IMG/VR virus record: IMGVR_UViG_3300002307_000164
Location: 1 to 30,620 of that record
Length of the DNA stretch: 30,620 nucleotides
Reading direction: 5' to 3' (one strand)
DNA from: a virus
Lineage: Duplodnaviria; Caudoviricetes
Numbering within the stretch: position 1 is the first letter of the stretch; each line of letters begins with the position of its first letter. The notes under the pieces were generated by a model. The model saw only the letters and a program-made list of their open reading frames with translations, had not been told where the DNA came from and did not search any database. Positions 16,290-24,948 of this stretch are shown here, in pieces. The position numbers and the translations under genes were made by a program.

Positions 16290-17000
16290 TTAATTATGCC
16301 ATGCCGAAAAACCACTAGGTATAGAATGAGCGAATGCTGTTGCACCATAATTAATAGTTGTTCCCGCTGTTGAATAATGACTAACACAGGGAGCCCATGC
16401 CCCAGAAAGCACACTGCCGCCGTTCGTAGGGTTAGCGCCTGTGGAAGGGTTAGCGATTGGACTGATTCCTATCCATGTTCCTGATGCGTCAGATACCCAA
16501 AAGTTTCCGGTAGTAGCGTCGAAAGCTAATCCTATGACGCTACCGGCTACATTACTACCTGTTCCGTAGTTTCGCAGGTTACTTCCACCGTTCCATATAT
16601 AGCCACCGAGCCAACCCCATCCGGCAGCATCTTGACCGCAAAATATATTTAGACCTGCGGTGTTTTTTGCAAGTCCGTAAGCGTCAAACCCAGCCCACGT
16701 AGTAAGCGTAAATTCACAGTACCATTTACCACCGCCGCCACCAACGGTTTTATATGCTCCCGTATTGGTGGTCAGGACACAAGCCGACCCGCTACTATTT
16801 GTAGCCGTAAGATTGCCACCTGATAATGTTTCATTCGTTCCTTTCTTTGCAGGGTCTAGTGTTGGGTATGTGACAGGCGTGGAAACGCCAGTCCCTAATG
16901 GCAACGGGTGTCCACGCCGCCTGTCTGCGAAAATGCTTTTCGGTATCAGCAATCCTGATGCTAAAGCAATTGAATTTTTTATGAAGTCGTTTCTATCCAT
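16290..17000 (-). CDS. SPRY/B30.2 (concanavalin-like) domain protein with Tat-like signal peptide
   Basis: GKWYCEF...VIGLAFDATTGNFW...WAPCVS...INYGATAF...PSGF pattern. N-terminus is MDRNDFIKNSIALASGLLIPKSIFA. TAATG overlap with the fibre gene. Confidence 0.75.
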   Translation of the reverse strand: MDRNDFIKNSIALASGLLIPKSIFADRRRGHPLPLGTGVSTPVTYPTLDPAKKGTNETLSGGNLTATNSSGSACVLTTNTGAYKTVGGGGGKWYCEFTLTTWAGFDAYGLAKNTAGLNIFCGQDAAGWGWLGGYIWNGGSNLRNYGTGSNVAGSVIGLAFDATTGNFWVSDASGTWIGISPIANPSTGANPTNGGSVLSGAWAPCVSHYSTAGTTINYGATAFAHSIPSGFSAWHN

Positions 17001-19831
17001 TAGTAACTTTGGAATCCAGTTAAAATAAATTTAGAAAGACCGCTATTGTACTCGAATTGTATTATCATCATTGTGGTGGTTACTGTGGTTGATGGCTTAG
17101 TGAGTGTTGGTGTTGTTCCGTCCATGTAATTCGTGCCGTACGTCAATGCCCTTGCCGCTGTTCCCGTCACATAAAATACTAATGGTTGGTGGTTCGCCCA
17201 CGTTCCTATCGGATTATTAAACAGCAATGCACCAGCCTGTGCTGTTATGTTGTATGTGACAGGATATAGCGTTCCTGTTACCGGAGTAACAGGTGTCATG
17301 CTTGTAGTGAAATTAGTTGTTGTAGTATCTTTAAAATAGTTTTCTACATATGCAGTACTTGCAGCTTTAGTACTATTGTCACCATTAGTTTGTGTTCCAA
17401 CAACTGGATTTGTCATTGTTGGTGAAGTTCCAAAAATAATATTTCCAGTTCCGCTTGCGCCAGTTGTAGTAACACCTTCTAAAATATAATGTCCGGTTGA
17501 TAGAATTGATAAAACGGAAGTGTAACTTGTGGAATTATCCGCTTTGGTATAAAAATCTATTTGTCCACCATTTCCATTTGCGCCACCACTTCCGGTTACT
17601 TTACCAACCATACCGCACATATTGTAATACGCAGGAGTTCCGGTATTTGAATATCCCCAAAAGCCATTATTTCCAATTATGTCACCAGATTGAAGTATTA
17701 AAGGACTTACAGAAGTACCTCTAGATGCTGAAGTACTCGTTCCGTTCATTGTAGTACTATTTACCGCCCCTTGTGCGCTATTTAATTGGTACATATCTAT
17801 TTCGCCATAAACGTTTATTGCGTCAGAACCAGTTGTATCACCATTGCAATTAACGCTTAATTTATGAGTATATGGACTATAAAAATGATTTAAATTATCT
17901 TGAACCATAGATGTGTAACCAAAAGAAGCAACACTTCCATAAGTCCAAGAAGTAGAAGCGTTAGTTCCACCATTTGCATAAGGTAGAATACCCGTAACCA
18001 TTGAAGTAAGGTTAGTAGACATGGTTACATTTCCAATAGCGGTAATCCTTCCCTTTCCATCTACCGTTACCGTAGGGGTTTGTGTTGCGCTCCCCCAATT
18101 TCCGGTATTGCTATTTACTGTTGCAAGGGCAGCTACAAGTGTGTTAGAAGTAGTGAAATCACCGCTAAATGTATTCCAAGTTGGTTTTCCGCTTGTTGTT
18201 GCAACTAAAACCTGTCCACTTGTTCCATTTAGTATTTCATCCCATTGACCGCTTACGTTATGATAGAATAGTGCGTAAGAGCTTCCGCCAGATACGGGGT
18301 CGCCTATGGCTAAAGACGATGCTCCCCACTTAGTACCGTCATATTTTAAGTATGAAGGATTAGTAGGTGCTGTTGTGTATATAGCAACACCTTGAATAGA
18401 TGTTGCATTTGCGCCAGTAGGACTTCCTGTTGTAATGGAAGTAATTCGTCCTTTTGCATCGGTTGTAATTATCGGTATTAATGATGAAGAACCATAAGTT
18501 CCTGCCGTTCCTACATTTGGCAAAGATAATGTTACTGTAGAACCAAGCGTAGCCGTTCCGGTAACATCACCAGTGTATGTAACCGTAGGTAATGAACTTA
18601 TATTAGACCAAGAATAATCAATAGCAACATCACTTAACATAGACACCCTACCTTGTGCATCTGTTGTTATTTGTGGTACTATTTTAGATGTTCCATGAGT
18701 TGAGGCAGTACCTACATTGGGCATACTAACAGTTCCAGTAGTTGTAAAAGTTCCCCCACTTAATCCCGCTCCAGCAGATACACTTGTAACAGTACCAACA
18801 TTCCAAGTTCTATTACTAGACAGGTCAAATGTTGTTCCATTAATAGTTAATGTTCTTGTTAATGGTACATAGGTAAGTGCCGCTAACCAACTAGGTAGAT
18901 ATGGTGACAACATAGCCGCCGTATCTGAATATTTTACTCTTTGATTTATTCTAAAAGATAATCCACCAGTATCCGTAGCGTTAGATGAAACATAATTTGC
19001 AACCGCCTGCGTTGTAGGGTATAAAGTATTATTAAGTGTAGAAAAGTTTGTAGCTTTATTAGCAACGTTTTCCGGAGTGTATCCCAATACGGGTTGATAC
19101 AAAAGCGTAGCCAACCACTTCGGAAGATATATTGATAGCATAGAAGCCGTATCGCTATATTTAACACGTTGATTTATTCGATAAGAAAGACCTCCTGTGT
19201 CTGTGCTATTTGCCGAAACATAATTAACTACCGCTTGCGTGGTAGGATAATGAACATTGTCTATTGCGGTAAACGATGAAACCTTGTTAGCAACGTTTTC
19301 CGGAGTGTATCCCAATATGGGTTGATAAAGTAAATCCGCTAACCATTTTTGTATGTATGGCGAAAGCATACTTGACGTATCGCTATACTTTACCCTTTGG
19401 TTAATACGATATGATAATCCACCAGTATCAGTACCGCCACTAATGGTAGATATTTTAGACCATATACTTTTTGTAGAAGTGTCAAAATCGTAGTGTGTAG
19501 TATATCCAAGAAGACTATCCCAATAAGCAACCCTCTTAACCAACGAATCAATCATTTGCTGAAGTGGAACACCACTTGCTCCTTGCGCTGGCGTAGTAAA
19601 AGCAAATCCGTTCCAATAGTAAAATATGCCATTGAATATGCGAATTCCGCCAAGTTCACCCCAACAACAATTTTTTAACGAAGTATCCTTATTAGGAATC
19701 AACAAGTCACCCTTAACACAAAACACGCCATTATTAACCAAGATTTGATTAGGTTTTGTACCCATCGTATCGTGGCCTTGACCGAAACAAAATATCGGTA
19801 TTAAAAACAGAATGCTCAGTATGTATTTCAT
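17000..19831 (-). CDS. tail-fibre/adhesin-like repeat protein (943 aa) with Sec signal peptide
   Basis: Start ATG 19831 is supported by the TAATG overlap with the upstream stop. N-terminus is MKYILSILFLIPIFCFG|Q. Rich in Thr/Gly/Ser, with YTPENVANK, GTVTSVSAGAGLSGG and TDAKGRIT fibre-type motifs. Confidence 0.8.
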   Translation of the reverse strand: MKYILSILFLIPIFCFGQGHDTMGTKPNQILVNNGVFCVKGDLLIPNKDTSLKNCCWGELGGIRIFNGIFYYWNGFAFTTPAQGASGVPLQQMIDSLVKRVAYWDSLLGYTTHYDFDTSTKSIWSKISTISGGTDTGGLSYRINQRVKYSDTSSMLSPYIQKWLADLLYQPILGYTPENVANKVSSFTAIDNVHYPTTQAVVNYVSANSTDTGGLSYRINQRVKYSDTASMLSIYLPKWLATLLYQPVLGYTPENVANKATNFSTLNNTLYPTTQAVANYVSSNATDTGGLSFRINQRVKYSDTAAMLSPYLPSWLAALTYVPLTRTLTINGTTFDLSSNRTWNVGTVTSVSAGAGLSGGTFTTTGTVSMPNVGTASTHGTSKIVPQITTDAQGRVSMLSDVAIDYSWSNISSLPTVTYTGDVTGTATLGSTVTLSLPNVGTAGTYGSSSLIPIITTDAKGRITSITTGSPTGANATSIQGVAIYTTAPTNPSYLKYDGTKWGASSLAIGDPVSGGSSYALFYHNVSGQWDEILNGTSGQVLVATTSGKPTWNTFSGDFTTSNTLVAALATVNSNTGNWGSATQTPTVTVDGKGRITAIGNVTMSTNLTSMVTGILPYANGGTNASTSWTYGSVASFGYTSMVQDNLNHFYSPYTHKLSVNCNGDTTGSDAINVYGEIDMYQLNSAQGAVNSTTMNGTSTSASRGTSVSPLILQSGDIIGNNGFWGYSNTGTPAYYNMCGMVGKVTGSGGANGNGGQIDFYTKADNSTSYTSVLSILSTGHYILEGVTTTGASGTGNIIFGTSPTMTNPVVGTQTNGDNSTKAASTAYVENYFKDTTTTNFTTSMTPVTPVTGTLYPVTYNITAQAGALLFNNPIGTWANHQPLVFYVTGTAARALTYGTNYMDGTTPTLTKPSTTVTTTMMIIQFEYNSGLSKFILTGFQSY
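18041..18724 (-). repeat. three dispersed ~28-aa repeats (..G..G.....P.(I/V)T(T/V)D..GR(I/V))
   Basis: Copies near 18641-18724, 18440-18523 and 18041-18127. Confidence 0.8.
18870..19430 (-). repeat. tandem 228-nt (76-aa) repeat, about 2.5 copies
   Basis: DTGGLS(Y/F)RINQRVKYSDT starts at 19429, 19201 and 18973 (period 228). A 31-nt identical stretch occurs at 19059-19089 and 19287-19317. Confidence 0.9.
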
Positions 19832-20181
19832 TAGTTTCCTACGTATTTTTGCAAGTGTCTTCTTGTCCAACGATAAAGACTATCTGCGTTTGGAAAATTA
19901 CCATAACTTGCATCACCATTTTGATAGTTTGTATCCACCAAATAGTTGCTAGTTATTGGCAATATTGAAACACCATTTGTTGTACTTAGTTTCATTTGCG
20001 TATCACCTTTTGGTGAAATATAAAACGAAGCAACAACATTACCACGAGTATAATCCATTGGTGGATTTCCACGTTGATATACGGTTACATAACCGTTAGT
20101 TCCGGTTGTAAGTATATATTTTGACGACTGTGCGTAAACCAACACATTCGTAAGCAACAAAAGAAAAAATAACTTCTTCAT
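19831..20181 (-). CDS. exported protein (116 aa), Sec signal peptide
   Basis: Likely start ATG 20181: MKKLFFLLLLTNVLVYA|QSSK. Confidence 0.75.
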   Translation of the reverse strand: MKKLFFLLLLTNVLVYAQSSKYILTTGTNGYVTVYQRGNPPMDYTRGNVVASFYISPKGDTQMKLSTTNGVSILPITSNYLVDTNYQNGDASYGNFPNADSLYRWTRRHLQKYVGN

Positions 20182-20191
20182 ATATGTATTT

Positions 20192-20707
20192 TTAGAGTGT
20201 CCAATAGTTACCGTAAACATCAACGTATATAACTGCTTTCTTTATTGCGGCAGATGTTGCAGGTGAAAGAAGGTATGGGGTTGCGGTTGCGCCGTTAAAT
20301 GAATGGTCGTGAAATATAGCCAACGTATCATTTACAACACCATTTGCAAGTATTCTTATTATTTGACCTGGCTTAAGATATGTTCCAGACAAAGTTATAG
20401 AATCAAGTTGGTAACTTGCAGAATCTATGAACAACGGATATGTACCAAGAACCGTATAGTTTCTTGATGTTGTTTTTTCAACACCATAAAACAAGCCGGA
20501 ATTTTCGTAAGTCTTTCCGGTTGCGTTTATAGCACCTACTGTATTTACAACACCACGCATAATAGCAACAGATTTAAAAATCTGTGGCTGTGTTTGCGTA
20601 TTAGGTAATCCGGTTATTGTACTTCCGGTTGGTGTTACCGCTTGTGCGTTAGCCGAAATCGTTGACAAGCATACGAACATAGCTAAAAGAAATAATACTT
20701 TTTTCAT
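20192..20707 (-). CDS. exported protein (171 aa), Sec signal peptide
   Basis: MKKVLFLLAMFVCLSTISANA|QAVT with A-x-A cleavage site and a beta-rich mature part. Confidence 0.8.
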   Translation of the reverse strand: MKKVLFLLAMFVCLSTISANAQAVTPTGSTITGLPNTQTQPQIFKSVAIMRGVVNTVGAINATGKTYENSGLFYGVEKTTSRNYTVLGTYPLFIDSASYQLDSITLSGTYLKPGQIIRILANGVVNDTLAIFHDHSFNGATATPYLLSPATSAAIKKAVIYVDVYGNYWTL

Positions 20708-20726
20708 TTTATTTGGTTTTTGTTGT

Positions 20727-21062
20727 TTAAGATACTGCGTTATAGCCTATTGAAAATTCACATTCTCCTGATAGTTCGTATTTAATCCTGAAGTTTTTAG
20801 GTATTGATTGAAAAAATCTTGAATCTTCAATTGAAGGATAAGTATATTTTCCAACTTGTACAATTGTTGGTATTTTTGCAAAGTCAAAATATTCTTTGCT
20901 TGCTTCATCCAAACATTGAAGTGTTAAGTCAAGCTTTCCGGTAAGTTCTTTAACGTTTATCATAAACAAAGCTGAAATAGAATTTGCTATATCACCAATT
21001 TTTTCGGTGAATCCGTCTTCTTTTACAACTTTATTATGAAACAAAACTAATGAGTAACTCAT
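20727..21062 (-). CDS. hypothetical late protein
   Basis: 111-aa ORF with a beta-strand-like pattern in the late operon. No signal peptide. Confidence 0.65.
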   Translation of the reverse strand: MSYSLVLFHNKVVKEDGFTEKIGDIANSISALFMINVKELTGKLDLTLQCLDEASKEYFDFAKIPTIVQVGKYTYPSIEDSRFFQSIPKNFRIKYELSGECEFSIGYNAVS

Positions 21063-21066
21063 ATAT

Positions 21067-21321
21067 TTACCATTTATTTTCTGGACAATTTTCTTCTTTT
21101 ACTATTGATTTCTGGTGACACGGACACTTGCACTTCGAACAATATTTACCGTCCACATCTTCCGCATTTCCATTTATAAAAGCTAAAAAAGTTGAAGGTA
21201 AAGCAAATTCACAACTATCGCAAATTTTCAACCGCCTTTCGCTTTCCTCCTTGCCCTCCTTGCTTAATTCTAAAGCCCCAAGCCATGTACCCCACCCGAC
21301 TAAAACGTTCTTTAAATCCAT
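21067..21321 (-). CDS. small Cys-rich protein
   Basis: RRLKICDSC...CSKCKC...CPENKW pattern, common in phage structural regions. Confidence 0.7.
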   Translation of the reverse strand: MDLKNVLVGWGTWLGALELSKEGKEESERRLKICDSCEFALPSTFLAFINGNAEDVDGKYCSKCKCPCHQKSIVKEENCPENKW

Positions 21322-21336
21322 TGTATCGCAAATCTA

Positions 21337-22416
21337 CTACATTACTTGGGCATATAAAAATTCAAAATTATCACCATCCGAAAACCACGCACCACCCACG
21401 CTACCAAATTTACCCGTGTTAGTATCAAATGGTATATTTACCGGATTCCCGTTCTTGGTCATACCAGCACTGTTTACATAAGCACCTACAAGATTTGGTA
21501 ACGTAATAAAATCACCGTCTTTTGAAAGTGGATTTAACGGGTCTGCAATTGAAGGTGAATATTGTAAAAGTATTGTTTGAAGATTACAAAGTTGGTACAG
21601 TTGATTTGGGTCTGGGTTCGACACTACTTCAATGCTAATAGTACAAGTTAGCTTAAATGGATTTGGTGTTGGCGGAACTGGAAGTATTTGCTGTCCACTC
21701 CATTCATTTTTCCTGCATCCGCAATCATCATCAGAATAAATATTAATAAATTCGGTAGTTCTTTTTTCCATCGTTTCCCTATTCCACTTTTGACATTTTT
21801 TAGATGGATATAATGGAAGTGAAGAAATGTTGGCGCAAAGATATTGTTCCAAATAATCCTGAAATGGATTTATTCTATCAAGAAGCCACCTGTCGTTTAG
21901 ATAGCGCAAATCTTTTAAATCTATTCCAACACTAGAAGAAGCCTTTTCACCTACCAACGAGCCAATAGGATTATTTTTTTGTATTCCTTGATTAGTAAAT
22001 TGTGCGTAGTTTTCACTTAACGCAATAAAATAAACACAATTAAAAACAAAATCCCATAAAGCCGAATTCCACAAAGCAACATAAGGTGCGCCTACGGTTA
22101 CAAGACTTATAGAATTTACATAGTCTCCAATGTTAAGCAAAACTTTTGGATTTCCGGCTTGGTCTGTTCCAAATGTTTGATTTATAAAACCTTGCAAAGT
22201 TGCTTGATTTCCACTAGTAACTTGTACGTTTTTTTGATTACAAATATCGTTATATAGATTGTATCCAAGAACCGGAATAATCAAACGAACCTCTGCAATA
22301 GGTATTGCTGAAATCCATTTTTTACTATCTAAAGACGCAGCTGGTAACCGTGACGTACATTCGTCAGGTGTTATCAACATTGGCCTAGATAATGGATTTA
22401 CTGCGTACCTTCCCAT
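21337..22416 (-). CDS. putative head-tail adaptor/neck protein with C-terminal extension
   Basis: Immediately after portal. Helical N-domain (IIPVLGYNLYNDI...TNQGIQK...LPLY), then a Pro linker PVPPTPNP and an extra ~110-aa domain. Confidence 0.5.
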   Translation of the reverse strand: MGRYAVNPLSRPMLITPDECTSRLPAASLDSKKWISAIPIAEVRLIIPVLGYNLYNDICNQKNVQVTSGNQATLQGFINQTFGTDQAGNPKVLLNIGDYVNSISLVTVGAPYVALWNSALWDFVFNCVYFIALSENYAQFTNQGIQKNNPIGSLVGEKASSSVGIDLKDLRYLNDRWLLDRINPFQDYLEQYLCANISSLPLYPSKKCQKWNRETMEKRTTEFINIYSDDDCGCRKNEWSGQQILPVPPTPNPFKLTCTISIEVVSNPDPNQLYQLCNLQTILLQYSPSIADPLNPLSKDGDFITLPNLVGAYVNSAGMTKNGNPVNIPFDTNTGKFGSVGGAWFSDGDNFEFLYAQVM

Positions 22417-22417
22417 A

Positions 22418-23992
22418 TTATACGGTTTCTATAACTGATGAAGTTTTATTCTTTGGTAAAATAACTTTTATTCCGTTTACTAATCCTTCTGCGATATGCT
22501 TTTCCATACCGAACTTTAATACAAGAAAGTTTACCGCATTTGCATGTGGCAATATTCCGTTTCCAACTTCTTTAAGTACATTCAACAAAAGAACACCGCC
22601 GTTAACAGTAGTGCTCGCTTCTGTAGTATCATTAAAAAGATTAGAAACTTGTATGTCAAGATTATCACTATCCCAATCAGTACCAAGCCAATCGTTAGCA
22701 ATCTCGCATAATGGAACAATAAATCCGTCTTTTATAACCCTATGAATTGGCTTAATTACTGTTTTAATTTTTTGTTGATAAAGCTCGTTAAGATATGCAC
22801 CAGACTTTGCCTTAGTCATTCCATCCTTGTTTCCAAGAAACGCACCATCCCACTTATTAGCCATTATTATTTTATCCTTAATAGTAGAATCAAGTTCTAG
22901 GTACGAACCCTCTTGGTGTGTGCTGAACGGTTCCCACTTTGAATTAGTTACATTATCGTTGCTTGCAACAACCATAGTACGAAGACCCTTACCTTTTCCG
23001 GTAAAAGTATTAACCAAATCCCTTGCAAATTTCTTTTTTTCATCCGGCGTAATATTTCCGGCTATATGAAGCATACCGCCAATATGCATACCGTTTTTAA
23101 GATTATCGTGATTATAAACGGAACCAGCGTATTCAAGTTCTGCATCAATCATTGATTCAATCCAATCAGGCAATCCATAATGGTCGTATCCTGGAAAATC
23201 ATTTTTTAACCATAATGCGGTTCTCCATACTGGCGGAACTGGAACATTTTGATTATTAGTCTTGTCTTGAATCCAACACCCGCTTTCGTCATTTGCGCCG
23301 TCACCCATTTCGTAAAAAGGTATCCGAATGTTGTATTTTTGGGTAAGGTTCATATATCCACGTTTACGAAACCAACGTGATATTATCATAGCCTCTGATT
23401 CGTTATTTCCGTCAGGCCATGATTTACGACAATCTAATTGATTCTTGGCATAAACGTGTAGCCACCTTTCTCCACCCGTTTCACCCCTAACTATTTCAAT
23501 AGGGGAATTTCCGAAATTAAGATAGTTTACTACAATTTTTTTAAGTAATGAATTCGCAGATTCTTTTGGGTTTATACGCTTGTAAAAAGACTTCCATTCT
23601 TTGTCTTTTTTCTTGTCGTCTTCACCCTTCCAATAGAAACCGTCACCTATAATAAAATCGGTTTTGGAATTTAATACAGAACCTAAAGTGGAAGATTGAC
23701 TTCTTAATGCCAAAAGAAGATTAAAAAAAGTATCAAATCCGTAACAATCGTCATTTTGTTCTGTCAAAAACGGTATATACTTATTTCCACCTGGTGAAAA
23801 AGCATACCTATTTTCTAACTCTAATGGTACTGGATTTCTTACATTTATGTTTACTTCGTTCGTAACATCGGAAGTTCCGGTATCGCTAATTGCGCTTACC
23901 GGAACGTCTATTGATTTTTTTGCGGATTGTCTAGGATTTCGTTTTACAATGACCGCCTTTTTTGTATCTTGTATTTTTTTTGCGGTGGACAT
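22418..23992 (-). CDS. portal protein
   Basis: 524 aa; 'QSSTLGSVLNSKTDFIIGDG', 'NYLNFGNSPIEI', 'HYGLPDW', 'NLKNGMHIGGML' and 'VIKPIHRVI' follow the order of PBSX/HK97-type portal motifs. Confidence 0.8.
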   Translation of the reverse strand: MSTAKKIQDTKKAVIVKRNPRQSAKKSIDVPVSAISDTGTSDVTNEVNINVRNPVPLELENRYAFSPGGNKYIPFLTEQNDDCYGFDTFFNLLLALRSQSSTLGSVLNSKTDFIIGDGFYWKGEDDKKKDKEWKSFYKRINPKESANSLLKKIVVNYLNFGNSPIEIVRGETGGERWLHVYAKNQLDCRKSWPDGNNESEAMIISRWFRKRGYMNLTQKYNIRIPFYEMGDGANDESGCWIQDKTNNQNVPVPPVWRTALWLKNDFPGYDHYGLPDWIESMIDAELEYAGSVYNHDNLKNGMHIGGMLHIAGNITPDEKKKFARDLVNTFTGKGKGLRTMVVASNDNVTNSKWEPFSTHQEGSYLELDSTIKDKIIMANKWDGAFLGNKDGMTKAKSGAYLNELYQQKIKTVIKPIHRVIKDGFIVPLCEIANDWLGTDWDSDNLDIQVSNLFNDTTEASTTVNGGVLLLNVLKEVGNGILPHANAVNFLVLKFGMEKHIAEGLVNGIKVILPKNKTSSVIETV

Positions 23993-23998
23993 TGTGTA

Positions 23999-24253
23999 TT
24001 ATATTAACGGTTTTGCTGGTGTAGGTGGAGGCTGTTGTAATATTGTTTCTTCTTCTACTTCTGCTTTGTTTAGTCGCAATTCTTCAATTGTAGGCAACTT
24101 ACCAACGAAGCAACGTAAAAGTATAGGGTTATTGGAAGATAAAGCCAAAATTGCAAGCTCTAATAATTCTTCCTGTGTGTAATCCTTAAGCTTTTTACTT
24201 ATATTACCATGACCCATGTGCTGGTAATGGTAATCTGGATTTGATTTTAACAT
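23999..24253 (-). CDS. hypothetical protein
   Basis: 84-aa ORF between the tail-tube-like gene and portal. Confidence 0.6.
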   Translation of the reverse strand: MLKSNPDYHYQHMGHGNISKKLKDYTQEELLELAILALSSNNPILLRCFVGKLPTIEELRLNKAEVEEETILQQPPPTPAKPLI

Positions 24254-24271
24254 CTTATTCCGTATTGGTGA

Positions 24272-24868
24272 TTAGTTCGATAAAGCAACAATTGTTGACA
24301 AAGCACCTGTGTATTGAATCAACGGCCTTGGATATTCACAACTTTTCAATACCACGTTAACGGTGTTTTTGTCTGTTGCTTTCTTTCCGGTATTACCCTT
24401 TGTTCCGTCCTGCCATGTGTAGAATATCGGAGAAAGAGGAGAAGCGTTAACGCTTGATTCACCCATGATATTGATAATGTTGTTGTTGTCAACAAACACG
24501 ATACCGATACCGCAACAAAGACCCATGATGTTTATAAGTTGCGCCCACTGGCTTGCTTTCATGTCGTTCCTTGGAACCGAAAACATAACTTCATGTGAAT
24601 AACCAACGGCTACACCGTCATCATTCTTAAGCGTGAAGCTGTATTCTGCCGACATACGCTCGAAACCAATTTGATACAAAGGCAATCCCGCACCAAGAAG
24701 GTTTGTAACCGCCGTGTATGGTTGAACAACACCACCAACAGGTGCGGCTTGTGTAAAGTCAACCAACGTTGCATCAAATACCCACAATTTGCTTATGCCA
24801 CCGCTTGTGGTTAAACATGAAGTAGGTAAGTAGTTTATCATTGTCGCACATGCGGTAAGACCTGCCAT
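24272..24868 (-). CDS. structural protein, putative major tail tube
   Basis: 198 aa, beta-rich, with 'C...SGGISKLWV' N-terminus and 'DNN....MGE'. Directly after the major capsid gene. Confidence 0.5.
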   Translation of the reverse strand: MAGLTACATMINYLPTSCLTTSGGISKLWVFDATLVDFTQAAPVGGVVQPYTAVTNLLGAGLPLYQIGFERMSAEYSFTLKNDDGVAVGYSHEVMFSVPRNDMKASQWAQLINIMGLCCGIGIVFVDNNNIINIMGESSVNASPLSPIFYTWQDGTKGNTGKKATDKNTVNVVLKSCEYPRPLIQYTGALSTIVALSN

Positions 24869-24891
24869 AATATAAAGTTTTATTTTGCAGC

Positions 24892-24924
24892 TACAAGACC
24901 CGCTGTGTTATAGCGGGTTTTGTA
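24892..24924. terminator. strong hairpin after major capsid gene
   Basis: TACAAGACCCGCT / AGCGGGTTTTGTA stem with a 7-nt loop. The U-tract is weak in the minus (sense) direction, so it is likely leaky or a stability element. Confidence 0.65.
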
Positions 24925-24948
24925 TTTTATATCTGTGTGGTGGCGATA

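Noticed and set aside
18870-19430. Repeats considered as a CRISPR array or a DGR template/variable pair
   Set aside because: The period is an in-frame 228 nt inside a CDS, differences are largely synonymous rather than adenine-specific, and no reverse transcriptase or cas gene is in the window.
19832-19870. ORF-track N-terminal extension MDKKTLAKIRRKL of the fibre gene (likewise the extensions given for 19831..20223, 26554..27807 and 1808..2698)
   Set aside because: These extensions overlap upstream genes or regulatory elements. Downstream ATGs give clean overlaps or leaders and, for the fibre cluster, canonical signal peptides.
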